Below are positions 17,623 to 27,420 of a stretch of 64,000 nt of DNA, one piece after another. The stretch is from Bacteroidia bacterium (GTDB lineage: Bacteria; Bacteroidota; Bacteroidia; UBA8524): assembly GCA_035906255.1 (NCBI GenBank), contig JAMIFM010000020.1, forward strand, positions 3,917 through 67,916, in the 5' to 3' direction. How positions within the stretch are numbered: the stretch's first letter is position 1; every line of letters begins with the position of its first letter. A program made the translations under genes and the position numbers. The notes under the pieces were generated by a model. That model ran no database searches, was not told the DNA's origin, and saw only the letters and a program-made list of their open reading frames with translations.

Positions 17623-17663
17623 CGTATGGGTATTAGTTTTGTGTCCGTTTGAATTATTAGTAC

Positions 17664-18323
17664 ATGAAAATAGGTGTAACAGGACCGCAAAATAGGATAG
17701 ACGAGTTAAAACTGAAAATTTCATCAGCGGCAGAGTTGGTTGAAATCAAAGATACCGATTTATGGCAATTGCCCAATTTGGGCTTAACTGCTTTTATTGA
17801 TGCAGGTTTTGATGATACCCCCGAACACCTGCACCACTATTTGCACCTTGAGTTTCCAATATTGGTGAGTGCTGCCAAAACACAGCTTGCCCGTGAATTG
17901 GTGGGGCATTCGTGCACTTCGCCCATTTTTGGGTTTAATGCGCTGCCAACGTTTATTAACCGTACGTTGTTAGAGGCTACCTGCTATAATGAGGAACACA
18001 AACCCGTACTTGAACAACTGGCTACACAACTGGGTTGGCAATGCACTTGGGTGGATGACCGCGTAGGGATGGTAACCCCCCGAATAATTTTTATGATTAT
18101 TAACGAGGCTTACTACACCGTACAAGAAGGCACTGCCGGCAAAGCGGATATTGATACGGGCATGAAACTGGGCACTAACTACCCTTACGGCCCTTTTGAA
18201 TGGGCCGGCTTGGTAGGCATAAAAGATGTGTATGAACTGCTAAATGCGGTGCATGAAGATACCCGCGACGAACGCTATAAAATTTGCCCGTTGCTAAAAA
18301 CTGAATATTACAAAGCACAGTAA
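17664..18323 (+). CDS. Degenerate 3-hydroxyacyl-CoA dehydrogenase-like protein (retains 3HCDH C-terminal domain; NAD-binding GxGxxG lost)
   Basis: Aligns by eye along its length to the genuine hbd product at 23140-23985 (MKIGVTG vs KVAVIGAGTMG; PIFGFNALPTFINRTLLEA vs VVGIHFFNPAHIMKLVEVI; DIDTGMKLGTNYPYGPFEWAGLVGIKDVYEL vs TIDALCEASGFKMGPFRLMDLIGVDTNFSV). The dinucleotide-binding glycines are absent. Confidence 0.55.
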   Translation: MKIGVTGPQNRIDELKLKISSAAELVEIKDTDLWQLPNLGLTAFIDAGFDDTPEHLHHYLHLEFPILVSAAKTQLARELVGHSCTSPIFGFNALPTFINRTLLEATCYNEEHKPVLEQLATQLGWQCTWVDDRVGMVTPRIIFMIINEAYYTVQEGTAGKADIDTGMKLGTNYPYGPFEWAGLVGIKDVYELLNAVHEDTRDERYKICPLLKTEYYKAQ

Positions 18324-18324
18324 A

Positions 18325-18882
18325 ATGCAGATTGAAAAACCGTACAAAAACAGGGCTATTATTGAAGAAACAATGAGTGGTGTAATTATTACCATTCCGG
18401 CAAAACGCAATTATTTTATCATGGCTTTTATGATAATTTGGCTCACAGGCTGGCTATTTGGAGGAGGAACTGCAATTAGCGCACTTTTCACCAGCTCTGA
18501 AGGCGGGTTTCAAGGCTTTCTAACAATTTGGTTGTTTGCGTGGGTATTTGCACTGCTTGCGGTTTTATCAACTTTACTATGGTACATAATGGGCAAAGAA
18601 CTAATAACCATTGATAGGGGTATATTAACCATAAAAAAGGCGGGAGCCATTTTTACCCGAACAAAATCATATACAATTGCAGACACTGCCAATTTTAGAA
18701 TAGTAGCAACAAATACGGATGGCATTTGGGGGCGAAGAAATGCTATTGCCTATAATGCACCCGGAACTATTGTTTTTGATTACGGCATGAAATCTAAAAA
18801 CTTTGGAATGGGCATTGACGAACCTGAAGCGATATACCTTGTAAATTTTCTGAAAGAAAAGGAGCTAATCCCTAATAAATAG
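18325..18882 (+). CDS. Hypothetical membrane protein (two TM helices followed by a bacterial PH-like soluble domain)
   Basis: 185 aa with hydrophobic segments FIMAFMIIWLTGWLFGG and FLTIWLFAWVFALLAVLSTLLWYIMG, then a soluble region. No catalytic motifs recognised. Confidence 0.5.
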   Translation: MQIEKPYKNRAIIEETMSGVIITIPAKRNYFIMAFMIIWLTGWLFGGGTAISALFTSSEGGFQGFLTIWLFAWVFALLAVLSTLLWYIMGKELITIDRGILTIKKAGAIFTRTKSYTIADTANFRIVATNTDGIWGRRNAIAYNAPGTIVFDYGMKSKNFGMGIDEPEAIYLVNFLKEKELIPNK

Positions 18883-18910
18883 AACATCTTACTTGATAAG
18901 CAAACGATAA

Positions 18911-18954
18911 AAAAAATCCCCTGTTACATAGCGTAGCAGGGGATTTTAATTTTT
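18911..18954. terminator. Bidirectional terminator hairpin between convergent genes
   Basis: aaaaaatcccctg-ttacatagcgtag-caggggattttaattttt between the membrane-protein gene (+) and gpmA (-). Confidence 0.75.
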
Positions 18955-18964
18955 ATAGCAGCAA

Positions 18965-19570
18965 TTACATGGCTTGCGCCTTAACTACTTTTGCGTTCTC
19001 GTCTAACTGGTAAATAATGGGGCGGGCAGTGCCCAACTCTTTTTGCAAAATTTGCTCGGGAGTAAGGTTTTCAAGGTACATAATCAACGCACGCAAACTA
19101 TTTCCGTGAGCCGATATGATAATGTTCTTACCTTGTTTCAATAACGGCTCAATAGTCGCTTGGTAGTAAGGCAGTACGCGCTCGGCAGTATCCTTCAAAC
19201 TTTCACCGTTAGGAGGAGCAATATCAAAACTACGTCTCCAAATATGCACTTGCTCATCACCGTATTTTTTAGCGGTTTCGGCTTTATCAAGTCCTTGCAA
19301 ATCGCCATACATACGCTCGTTCAAGGCTTCATGCTTAGTTACGGGTATATCGGTTTGTCCGGTTACTTCTAAAATAGTAGCTAAGGTGTTTTGGGCACGT
19401 TTCAAACCCGATGTATAAGCCTCGTCAAATTTGTGGCCTTTCAACATTTCGCCTGCATTGCGGGCTTCTTCCTGTCCTTTAGGAGTAAGTTCAACATCTA
19501 CCCATCCTGTAAAACGGTTTTCGAGGTTCCACTGCGATTGGCCGTGGCGTATGATAACAAGTTCTGACAT
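18965..19570 (-). CDS. gpmA: 2,3-bisphosphoglycerate-dependent phosphoglycerate mutase
   Basis: 201 aa. Histidine phosphatase motif RHGQSQWN at the N-terminus and second His (SAHGNSLRAL). Minus-strand -7 box TATATTTG (plus 19590-19597) lies about 20 nt upstream. Confidence 0.95.
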   Translation of the reverse strand: MSELVIIRHGQSQWNLENRFTGWVDVELTPKGQEEARNAGEMLKGHKFDEAYTSGLKRAQNTLATILEVTGQTDIPVTKHEALNERMYGDLQGLDKAETAKKYGDEQVHIWRRSFDIAPPNGESLKDTAERVLPYYQATIEPLLKQGKNIIISAHGNSLRALIMYLENLTPEQILQKELGTARPIIYQLDENAKVVKAQAM

Positions 19571-19647
19571 AGTAAATTCTATTGGCCTGCAAATATAAGA
19601 TTTGATAGTACAATGTGTTAACGGGTAATCTTTGTTACCTCAACAAC

Positions 19648-20136
19648 TCATTTCACTGCTTTGCAAACAGTGCGCAGTTTACCCCCTTTAATCAAAGAGT
19701 TTAACTGCTTTTCAGGCTCGGTAAGTGCTTTTTTGCTCCCGCAATTGCACAGTTCAGCTAAAGGCTCTTTATCTATTATTTTATCGTAAAGTTCTTTCAA
19801 CGTGGGTACTTCGGCCAATTTGCTATACTCTTCGTACGTATAACTCAAAAAAGCTACGTTAGCACCTATTCCCTTATTATCCAGCAGATAGCCATCATCA
19901 AGAGTTGTAGGGGTTAAAAAAGCCTCCCCCACCCTTAGGTCGGCAGGATGAGGATAGGCTATAATTTCTGTTTTATCGTCTGATAAAAGCACAGGCACAC
20001 GATTGGCATAATCGCCTTTTGTTTTATACACCAACGCTTGTGGAGCAGGTGTTTCAAAATCAGGTGTAAAAGCAATATTACTTTTGCCCATGCACGCTGC
20101 AAATGCCACCGTTAATATGCCCAGCTTTTTTATCAT
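19648..20136 (-). CDS. Small lipoprotein translationally coupled to the C10 protease gene (candidate cognate protease inhibitor or chaperone)
   Basis: 162 aa with signal peptide and lipobox (TVAFAACMGK). Its start at 20136 overlaps the last base of the C10 protease stop codon (20136-20138). Confidence 0.55.
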   Translation of the reverse strand: MIKKLGILTVAFAACMGKSNIAFTPDFETPAPQALVYKTKGDYANRVPVLLSDDKTEIIAYPHPADLRVGEAFLTPTTLDDGYLLDNKGIGANVAFLSYTYEEYSKLAEVPTLKELYDKIIDKEPLAELCNCGSKKALTEPEKQLNSLIKGGKLRTVCKAVK

Positions 20137-23024
20137 TATTGTTTAGTAATCTTTTTAGTTATCACACCTTCGTTGGTGTGTATCTGCACCAAATAAATAC
20201 CACTTTGCAAGCCGTTTAGCGATACATCGGTAACCTTGCCCGAAACAGCCTCGGTTTGTATCACCTGCCCTTGCAAAGTAGTTAGGGTAATTTGTGATAC
20301 CGCTCCGCCAAACGCGTTGGCATCAACGTGTAATACATTAATCGCAGGGTTAGGATATACACTGATGCTATTTGCCAATGCAGGATTTTCAACCCCAACA
20401 TTTGGCTGTTTAGTGATAGTTACCGTCCATTGTTTGGTACTCAAATCTTCGGCAGTAACGGTATAAGTTACAGGATTAGTGAAATTACGTACCGCCCCTG
20501 ATGGAGGATTAATGCTTGCCAAGTTTGACACTGTAATTACAGGGGTTAGGGCAGTAATATCAGTTTGTGAAGTTACTACTACATTAACCGTAGCATTGGT
20601 GCTGTTAATTGTTGCATTGCCAACAATACCCGTAACCGAAAAACCTGTGATTTCTTTGGCTGAACTTTTGACTTTTGAACGTTGTATTAAAGTTTCAAAC
20701 AGGTAAGTTCCTGTTTCACCGGTAAAATAGGGCGAAACATAAAAGTACACAGTACCGCCGCCTTGTACATTAAAGCTGCCGTTTATTACATCATCATACG
20801 CATCAGACCATGTGCTGCCATCAGTTGAGTATGACAGCAGGCCGTCAAAAGTATAGGTATTACCGTTACCGCTGTTGTATGAATCGTGAATACGGGCTTG
20901 AATGTTATAATCATACCCTGCCGGCAATACCACCTTATAATAATCGTAATCATTGCCCTTGTGGCAGTTAGAACCCGGTGTAGTAATGGTTGCTGCATTA
21001 TTAGAAAAAGTTACAGGCAGGTTATAGGCTTGTCCTACGGTATTATTCACCTCATAAGCATCAGGATTTAAACCGGGCTCAACCACTTGTATGGTAATAG
21101 GGTTAGCATACGCACCGTTGCCCAAAAACTCCCAGTTGCCATTATCAGGTTTATCCCATATAAATAATTGGTATGTACCTGCTGAGTCGGCAATACCGCC
21201 TGTAATGGTATAAGTTAAACCATTGGTAAAGTGGGTGTTTGATGGAAGACTTAAACCGTTTTTGATTGACAGTTCGCGTATCCAAGTACCGTCTGATTTA
21301 TGAATATCTACCGATACATCACCGTTAAAGGTTGATGAGCCAAAATTGGCAATATCAAACTCAACTGTAAACGTTTGGTTGCGAACAATAACTGTTGGGG
21401 TAGTTGTTATAGCCGCATACAACTTAAGCGGGTTGGTATTGTTGCCTTGTACATTTACTGTAATAAAGTTTTGATAATTACCATTGGCAAAAGCCGTCCA
21501 TTGGGTAGCACTGCTTGTTTTGTAATATACCCCTATTTTGTACTCGCCGGGAGTAAGTGCTGATATGCTGCTGGTAGAGAACACCAACGGATTGGTGTAA
21601 TGCTTATTATAATCAAGCGTCATACCCGTTTGGGTTTCAACTGTGGCTACAAACTCATTGTTGGCGTTAAACACTGCAACGGTATAATCACCGCTGAAAT
21701 TTTGCGCTGCCGATGTTCCGTAGTTGGCTACATCTACTGTTACGGTAAAACTCTGACCGTATTGTATCGGGTCGGGGTTCACAACAATATCGCTGTACAA
21801 ACGCATATCAAGGGTTACAGGTGCGCTGCTCGGAGGTTCAATACCAATTACGGCTTGGTGTCCGCTGTTAAAACCACCTGTTCCGCCACCTGTGCCCACA
21901 CCGCCGGGGTTAAGTCCGTTTACTGAAAAATATCCGTCGTAAGCTCCGCTCCAACCCCAGTTAAAATGCAAAAAGTCGTTATTATCATATCCATCGCACA
22001 CAAATGCGTGTCCGCCGCCGCTGCCGAAACCTGCATATAACACAGGGCGGCCTGCGTTTAATTCACCTTTAATCAAATTCAACCATTGGGTTTGGCTGTA
22101 GTTGGCACGCTCCACACCTTGCAGCGAGGTTTTATACCCGAAATAAGTTTCAAAAGCATACTCAGCACAATGGGTAACAGGGCTTTGTGAGTTGATAACA
22201 TACGCACCGCTACCGCCGTTTGCAGCCACATCGTAGTTCATATCCACGCTCACACCACAATGGTACATAAGGGTTGCTACTGCTGTGTTGGTTGAGTTTA
22301 CGCTATTGGGCATACTTCCCCAATTGTAAGTGGTAGCTCCAAAATTGGCTGATAATGTACCGTATGAACTGTGGTTGTATGAGTGATTGCCTGTACCTGT
22401 TGAAGGATAGTTCCAAAACTTCATTACTTGTGCCATAGCGGTAGCCACACAACCTGAAACCGTGCGTTGACCAGCACCTCCGTCATAAGGACAAAGGGCA
22501 TTATAATAAGGGCTTTGATCCCACTTGGTTTGTACCAAAGGCGATACGCTGGCCGCAATGGTATTATCAACGGGTTCGCCTTTTATTAACTCTTGCCACT
22601 GGCCTGCAATAACAGTAGTTTGTTTTACACCATTGGCAATAATGTAACGCATTTCTGTTTTGTAGCCCTCTAACCATTTTGCAGTTTGGGGCGCAACGTT
22701 TGCAGGGTCAAAATCGGCAGCGTCAGAATATCCCAACACCGGTACTGCATTATCATCGGCAGAAACAATTACAAAACCGTTTCCATTGGCCACATTAAAA
22801 ATGTAGTAATAGGCTACGGGTGCCGCAGATGATTGAGAGTTGTAGGCTTTTGAATTTGCGGTAACAGCCAAATCAAGCTGAACACCTGCTTTAAAAGAAC
22901 CACCCGTAACACGGGTAGCTAAGAAGTTTTGCCCTACCAATTTGGCAGTGGCTTCATCAATGGGTTTTGCAACGGCAAACCCGCAAACAATTAAGAGGCT
23001 TAATAGTGCAACTAATTTTTTCAT
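20136..23024 (-). CDS. Peptidase C10 family (streptopain/SpeB-like) cysteine protease with T9SS C-terminal sorting domain
   Basis: Start set at MKKLVALLSLLIVCGFAVA (23024). C10 signature around the catalytic Cys (WDQSPYYNALCPYDGGAGQRTVSGCVATAMAQVMKFW) and a His region (GGGHAFVCDGYDNN). Several Ig-like/lectin-like domains follow. C-terminal VYPNPAINVLHVD...GIYLVQIHTNEGVITKKITKQ matches the Por CTD pattern. Confidence 0.85.
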   Translation of the reverse strand: MKKLVALLSLLIVCGFAVAKPIDEATAKLVGQNFLATRVTGGSFKAGVQLDLAVTANSKAYNSQSSAAPVAYYYIFNVANGNGFVIVSADDNAVPVLGYSDAADFDPANVAPQTAKWLEGYKTEMRYIIANGVKQTTVIAGQWQELIKGEPVDNTIAASVSPLVQTKWDQSPYYNALCPYDGGAGQRTVSGCVATAMAQVMKFWNYPSTGTGNHSYNHSSYGTLSANFGATTYNWGSMPNSVNSTNTAVATLMYHCGVSVDMNYDVAANGGSGAYVINSQSPVTHCAEYAFETYFGYKTSLQGVERANYSQTQWLNLIKGELNAGRPVLYAGFGSGGGHAFVCDGYDNNDFLHFNWGWSGAYDGYFSVNGLNPGGVGTGGGTGGFNSGHQAVIGIEPPSSAPVTLDMRLYSDIVVNPDPIQYGQSFTVTVDVANYGTSAAQNFSGDYTVAVFNANNEFVATVETQTGMTLDYNKHYTNPLVFSTSSISALTPGEYKIGVYYKTSSATQWTAFANGNYQNFITVNVQGNNTNPLKLYAAITTTPTVIVRNQTFTVEFDIANFGSSTFNGDVSVDIHKSDGTWIRELSIKNGLSLPSNTHFTNGLTYTITGGIADSAGTYQLFIWDKPDNGNWEFLGNGAYANPITIQVVEPGLNPDAYEVNNTVGQAYNLPVTFSNNAATITTPGSNCHKGNDYDYYKVVLPAGYDYNIQARIHDSYNSGNGNTYTFDGLLSYSTDGSTWSDAYDDVINGSFNVQGGGTVYFYVSPYFTGETGTYLFETLIQRSKVKSSAKEITGFSVTGIVGNATINSTNATVNVVVTSQTDITALTPVITVSNLASINPPSGAVRNFTNPVTYTVTAEDLSTKQWTVTITKQPNVGVENPALANSISVYPNPAINVLHVDANAFGGAVSQITLTTLQGQVIQTEAVSGKVTDVSLNGLQSGIYLVQIHTNEGVITKKITKQ

Positions 23025-23139
23025 ATTTTGTTTGGTAAGAACTCTGTGTAAACTAAACAAGTGTATCAATACAGTTTACGGCAAAAATAGAGATTGGTTT
23101 AATTTGAACACCAATAAAACCAATGATTTATATCACCTA

Positions 23140-23985
23140 TTAGTAACTATAAAACCCCTTGCCGGTTTTACGTCCGTGGTGGCCTGCATCTACCTTTTGC
23201 TGCTGTATGCGGCTGGGACGGAATTTAGGGTCGTAATGAAATAACTGGTACATGGATGAGGTAACCGAAAAGTTGGTATCAACGCCTATCAAATCCATCA
23301 AGCGGAAAGGTCCCATTTTAAAACCGCTGGCTTCACACAAGGCATCAATAGTTTCAAGCGGTGCCACATTTTCTTCGGCTACTTTCAAGCCTTCCACATA
23401 AAAGTGGCGGGCAACACGATTCACAATAAAACCGGGGGCATCTTTGGCCATAATAGGAGTTTTGCCCACACTCAGCACAAATACTTTTGACCGTTCCGCT
23501 ACTTCATCAGAGGTTTGCGCACCAGCTATAACCTCTACCAGTTTCATAATATGGGCAGGGTTAAAAAAGTGTATACCAACTACCCTTTCAGGATTAGCAA
23601 TTTTAGCAGCTATTTGTGTAATGGGTATGGTTGATGTATTGGTGGCCAATATGGTTTCGGCAGGGTTTTGGGCAGCCAGTTTCTCAAAAAGGCTCACTTT
23701 TACATCCAATCGCTCTACAATAGCCTCAATAATCAAATCAGCTTTTAAGGCTTCAAAATCGCCTGTAAATAGCATTCGCCCAAGCGTAGCTTCTTTTTCG
23801 GCAACGGTAAGTTTACCGCGCTCAATTGCCCCGTCAAGGTTTTTTACAATTCCCTTTTCGGCTTTGGCAACCATCTCAGCGTTTATATCATACAAAACAG
23901 TATCGTACCCGCTTTGTGCACATACTTGGGCTATACCGGCACCCATAGTTCCGGCACCTATTACTGCTACTTTTTTAATAGTCAT
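23140..23985 (-). CDS. hbd: 3-hydroxybutyryl-CoA dehydrogenase
   Basis: 281 aa. NAD-binding VAVIGAGTMGAGIA, catalytic region HFFNPAHIMKLVEV and 3HCDH C-domain. Confidence 0.95.
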   Translation of the reverse strand: MTIKKVAVIGAGTMGAGIAQVCAQSGYDTVLYDINAEMVAKAEKGIVKNLDGAIERGKLTVAEKEATLGRMLFTGDFEALKADLIIEAIVERLDVKVSLFEKLAAQNPAETILATNTSTIPITQIAAKIANPERVVGIHFFNPAHIMKLVEVIAGAQTSDEVAERSKVFVLSVGKTPIMAKDAPGFIVNRVARHFYVEGLKVAEENVAPLETIDALCEASGFKMGPFRLMDLIGVDTNFSVTSSMYQLFHYDPKFRPSRIQQQKVDAGHHGRKTGKGFYSY

Positions 23986-24015
23986 TATTAGAAATTAGAA
24001 ATTTCAAATTTGAGA

Positions 24016-24447
24016 TTACTTAATAGCTATCTTATCTACCCTGTTTTGGTGGCGGCCGCCTTCAAATTGTGCTGAAAGGAAACTATCAGCAATAGCAAAG
24101 GCTTTTTCAACACTCACAAAACGGGCAGGTATGCACAGCACATTGGCATTGTTGTGCTGGCGGGCAAGAGCTCCTAATTCAGGTTCCCAGCAAAGTGCCG
24201 CACGTATATCAGCATATTTATTCGCAGTCATACAAACACCGTTACCGCTACCGCAAATCAAAATACCCAACTCGGCTTCTTTTGCCACTACCGATTTTGC
24301 CAACGGGTGCACAAAATCAGGGTAATCAACTGATTCAGGACCAAAAGGGCCAAAATCGTGTACCTCATGCCCAGCATCCTCTAAGCGGGTTCTCAAAAGC
24401 GCTTTCAGTTCATATCCGGCGTGGTCGCCTGCCATTGCTATTTTCAT
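24016..24447 (-). CDS. rpiB: Ribose-5-phosphate isomerase B
   Basis: 143 aa. RpiB/LacAB motifs (AGDHAGYELK...ICGSGNGVCMTANK). Confidence 0.95.
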   Translation of the reverse strand: MKIAMAGDHAGYELKALLRTRLEDAGHEVHDFGPFGPESVDYPDFVHPLAKSVVAKEAELGILICGSGNGVCMTANKYADIRAALCWEPELGALARQHNNANVLCIPARFVSVEKAFAIADSFLSAQFEGGRHQNRVDKIAIK

Positions 24448-24460
24448 GGTAGTTTATATT

Positions 24461-25312
24461 TTATCGATTTGTTACTTCTGTTGTTGTTTGGGCTGCCCTG
24501 CGTTTTTCAACCCGTGCAGCAATCATTATCCCTATCTCGTAAAGTATCACCAGCGGTATGCTCATCAATACCTGACTGGTAACATCGGGCGGGGTTAGCA
24601 CAGCAGCTACAATTACTACAATAAGTATGGCATATCGGCGGTATTTGCGCAGGTATGCGGCTGTTACCAATCCTATCTTAGTTAGGAAATAAATGATAAT
24701 AGGCAGTTCAAAAATTATCCCTGTGGCAAGGGTAAGCATGGTAACAAAACTGATGTAAGAATCTACCGTAAATTGGTTTTGAATGTTATCCATCAACTTA
24801 AAATTACCCAAAAAGTTAAGTGATATGGGCGTAAGGATAAAATACCCGAACGATATGCCCAAAAAGAACAAAAAGCTGCCATAGCCCACCATTTGTTTGG
24901 CGTATTTTATTTCTTTATCGCTAAGGGCGGGTTTTATAAACAACCACAACTGGTACAATATCCAAGGAAAGGCCAACACAACTCCCGCAATAATCGATAC
25001 CATAAAATACTGCGTAAACTGCGATGTGATAGAAGGACTAAAAATGGCATACTCTATCGCCTTTAGGCACAATGTGTCGTCATTATTCACAAGGTATGAC
25101 AATTCACACATCTTGCGGTACGTCCAAAAATCGAGATGCGTAGGGCCAAAAATAATTTCATCAAACAATATGTGCGGAAACGCCAACCCAAAGATTGAAA
25201 ACAGCACCACACCCGCCAACGCCCTGATAATATATTTTCTCAGTTCATCAACGTGTTCAAAAAAACTCATTTCCTTCACGGGTTCATCATCAAACTCTTG
25301 GTCTAAAGCCAT
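24461..25312 (-). CDS. tatC: Twin-arginine translocase subunit TatC
   Basis: Six TM segments. TatC N-terminal motif (SFFEHVDELRKYIIRAL) and C-terminal region (LTPPDVTSQVLMSIPLVILYE). Start set at MALDQEF (25312); the ORF track extends 23 codons further to 25381. Confidence 0.9.
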   Translation of the reverse strand: MALDQEFDDEPVKEMSFFEHVDELRKYIIRALAGVVLFSIFGLAFPHILFDEIIFGPTHLDFWTYRKMCELSYLVNNDDTLCLKAIEYAIFSPSITSQFTQYFMVSIIAGVVLAFPWILYQLWLFIKPALSDKEIKYAKQMVGYGSFLFFLGISFGYFILTPISLNFLGNFKLMDNIQNQFTVDSYISFVTMLTLATGIIFELPIIIYFLTKIGLVTAAYLRKYRRYAILIVVIVAAVLTPPDVTSQVLMSIPLVILYEIGIMIAARVEKRRAAQTTTEVTNR

Positions 25313-25446
25313 CTTGTTCAGTCGCTGTTTTAAGGCTGCGAAATTAACTAAAATTGTCGGGAGCAAAAGGCATAAATGCAAACCGATTATGGTACCGCCC
25401 TGCCAAAAACAAACATTAGCAATCTCTTAATACAATTGGGCTACTT

Positions 25447-25935
25447 TTGTTACAAACAATTGTGAGAACACCCGCCAAAAAACGAAGAAAAGTATCGCGT
25501 AAAGCATTGTGGCGGCTCACTCGTCGCTCGCTCATCAACCCGAATGAAGCACCCAAAACAAGGGCATTTAGTGTAGCTGTTGCAGCTTTTTTGGCCTTTG
25601 TGCCTTTGTATGGCCTGCAAACCATTTTAGGCATTCTGGTAGCTTTTGCTTTGCGGCTTAATAAGGTACTGGTAATAGTATTGATAAACGTAATAAACCC
25701 ATACCCCTTGGTTCCTTTTATTATGTACCTGAGTTTTAAAATTGGAGGGTTATTTATGGAATATCCCGCCCAAATTGATGCAGGGCAAAATTTCTCGTGG
25801 CAACTGTTGCAAGATAACTTGCTGCAATACCTAAGCGGTGGGCTTATTTTGGCTATTGTAATGGGTTGCTTGTTGGGTCTTGTATCATATCCGCTTTTTA
25901 TCTCATTGCAAAAAAAGCAACACGCAAAAAACTGA
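25447..25935 (+). CDS. DUF2062-family membrane protein
   Basis: 162 aa with a basic N-terminus and 3-4 TM segments (AVAAFLAFVPLYGLQTILGILVAF...). TTG start in the ORF track; GTG at 25462 is an alternative. Confidence 0.6.
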   Translation: MLQTIVRTPAKKRRKVSRKALWRLTRRSLINPNEAPKTRAFSVAVAAFLAFVPLYGLQTILGILVAFALRLNKVLVIVLINVINPYPLVPFIMYLSFKIGGLFMEYPAQIDAGQNFSWQLLQDNLLQYLSGGLILAIVMGCLLGLVSYPLFISLQKKQHAKN

Positions 25936-26150
25936 CTTTGCGCTTTTTTCGTAAATCATTCAACGTTTAAACAACATTTGTATTAAAAAATATGTCTTGG
26001 GGTGTTACCATTATTGCTAAAACCAAGTGAAAAAAACCAAACAGGTGCTACAAGCCACAGTAAATGTGACATTTGTTGGAAAAATGCCTCTGTTTTTTTA
26101 ATTATTTTTGCCCTTAGCAATTAATGTTCAAACCTTAATTACAACTTACT

Positions 26151-26600
26151 ATGAAACTAAAAACTGTACTTTTAATCGGCCTTATCGTAGCCGTACTAAC
26201 AGCCGCTTATGTTTGGTTCTTTATTTACAACAAACCCAAGAAAAACATTCTTGAAGCAAAGGCTGATTACACATTGACTGTAGCCCAACTTGTGCAAGAA
26301 TTTGAAACCAACCACGACAGTGCCATTGCCAAGTATAACGATAAAGTACTTGAGATTAGCGGTGAGGTGACAAGGATTGAGCCTAATGACTCTATCAGTT
26401 CGGTAGTATTTAAATCAGGCGATAAGTATGAGGTATTTTGCGAAGTGCATCCTGAATACAATACCCAAGCAAAACAACTTGCAGTACCGCAAAAGGTGGT
26501 ATTAAAAGGCTTGTTTATCAGTGCTGAAAAACCCGACACTGATTTTGACCTTGCCGGATTGGTACGCCTTAAGAAAAGCTCTTTTACTAACGAAAAATAA
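26151..26600 (+). CDS. Hypothetical membrane-anchored protein (possible OB-fold domain)
   Basis: 149 aa. N-terminal TM helix (LLIGLIVAVLTAAYVWFFIY) then a ~120-aa soluble domain. First gene of a unidirectional seven-gene cluster. Confidence 0.5.
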   Translation: MKLKTVLLIGLIVAVLTAAYVWFFIYNKPKKNILEAKADYTLTVAQLVQEFETNHDSAIAKYNDKVLEISGEVTRIEPNDSISSVVFKSGDKYEVFCEVHPEYNTQAKQLAVPQKVVLKGLFISAEKPDTDFDLAGLVRLKKSSFTNEK

Positions 26601-26637
26601 TATCTCTTAACGGATATAAGCTCCCATTCTTATTTAG

Positions 26638-27348
26638 ATGAAAAAAATAATCCTTGCGGCCATAGTTGCAACGTTGGCACTTGCATACAGTTGCCAACAC
26701 CAACCCGAAATTGTACCAACAACAAACAACGGAAACCCCAACAACCCCAGCGGGGGAACCGGAAAATGCAACCCTGATAGTGTATATTTTGAAAACGACA
26801 TTCTACCCATTTTAACTTCAAATTGCGGTATGGCGGGTTGTCACGATGCCATTACCCAAACAGAGGGTATCAATGTTGCTTCGCACGCAAGCCTTATTAA
26901 CAGCGGTGCTGTGAAACCCGGAAATGTTAACGGTAGTGATTTGATTGAAGTAATTACAGAAAACGACCCCGACAAGAAAATGCCCCCTCCCCCGCGTACT
27001 CCGTTAACTCAAGAACAGATTAACAAACTTACCAAATGGATACAACAAGGAGCTAAAAACAACAAATGCAACAGCGGTTGCGATACTACCAACTTTAAGT
27101 TTGCAGCAAATGTGTTACCTCTATTGGACACCAAATGTAAAGGCTGCCATAGCGGTGCATTTCCCTCAGCAGGAATATCCCTTACTAATTACGCTGAAGT
27201 GAAAACACAGGCCGATAATGGAAAATTGCTGGGGGCTATAAGCCACGACCCCAGTTACAAACCGATGCCGCAAGGTGCTCCCAAAATGGCCGATTGCGAG
27301 ATAACAATTATACGTAAGTGGATACAAGCAGGTGCACAAAACAACTAA
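26638..27348 (+). CDS. Lipoprotein with two PSCyt1-like (planctomycete-type cytochrome c-like) repeats
   Basis: Lipobox (LALAYSC). Two internal repeats of ~95 aa: ILPILTSNCGMAGCHD...KMPPPPRTPLTQEQINKLTKWIQQGAKNN and VLPLLDTKCKGCHSGAF...KPMPQGAPKMADCEITIIRKWIQAGAQNN. The first has C-x4-CH and the second CxxCH. Confidence 0.6.
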   Translation: MKKIILAAIVATLALAYSCQHQPEIVPTTNNGNPNNPSGGTGKCNPDSVYFENDILPILTSNCGMAGCHDAITQTEGINVASHASLINSGAVKPGNVNGSDLIEVITENDPDKKMPPPPRTPLTQEQINKLTKWIQQGAKNNKCNSGCDTTNFKFAANVLPLLDTKCKGCHSGAFPSAGISLTNYAEVKTQADNGKLLGAISHDPSYKPMPQGAPKMADCEITIIRKWIQAGAQNN

Positions 27349-27420
27349 ACCGCCAAAGTTTGGCACGATAATTTATTTGTATATACCAACATTGAAACTA
27401 AAATTTAAATCTATAGTACT

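Noticed and set aside
17623-17724. Long form of the RidA ORF with a lipoprotein-like leader (MKFSVLTRLSYFAVLLHLFSC...)
   Set aside because: It would overlap the divergent 3HCDH-like gene by 61 bp. The internal ATG (MEKKIIIT) gives a canonical ~127-aa RidA. The longer form is not excluded and is mentioned in the feature evidence.
23149-23178. Hairpin aaaccccttgccggtttt that looks like a terminator
   Set aside because: It lies inside the hbd coding sequence (C-terminal codons) rather than downstream of it, so it is not counted as a terminator.
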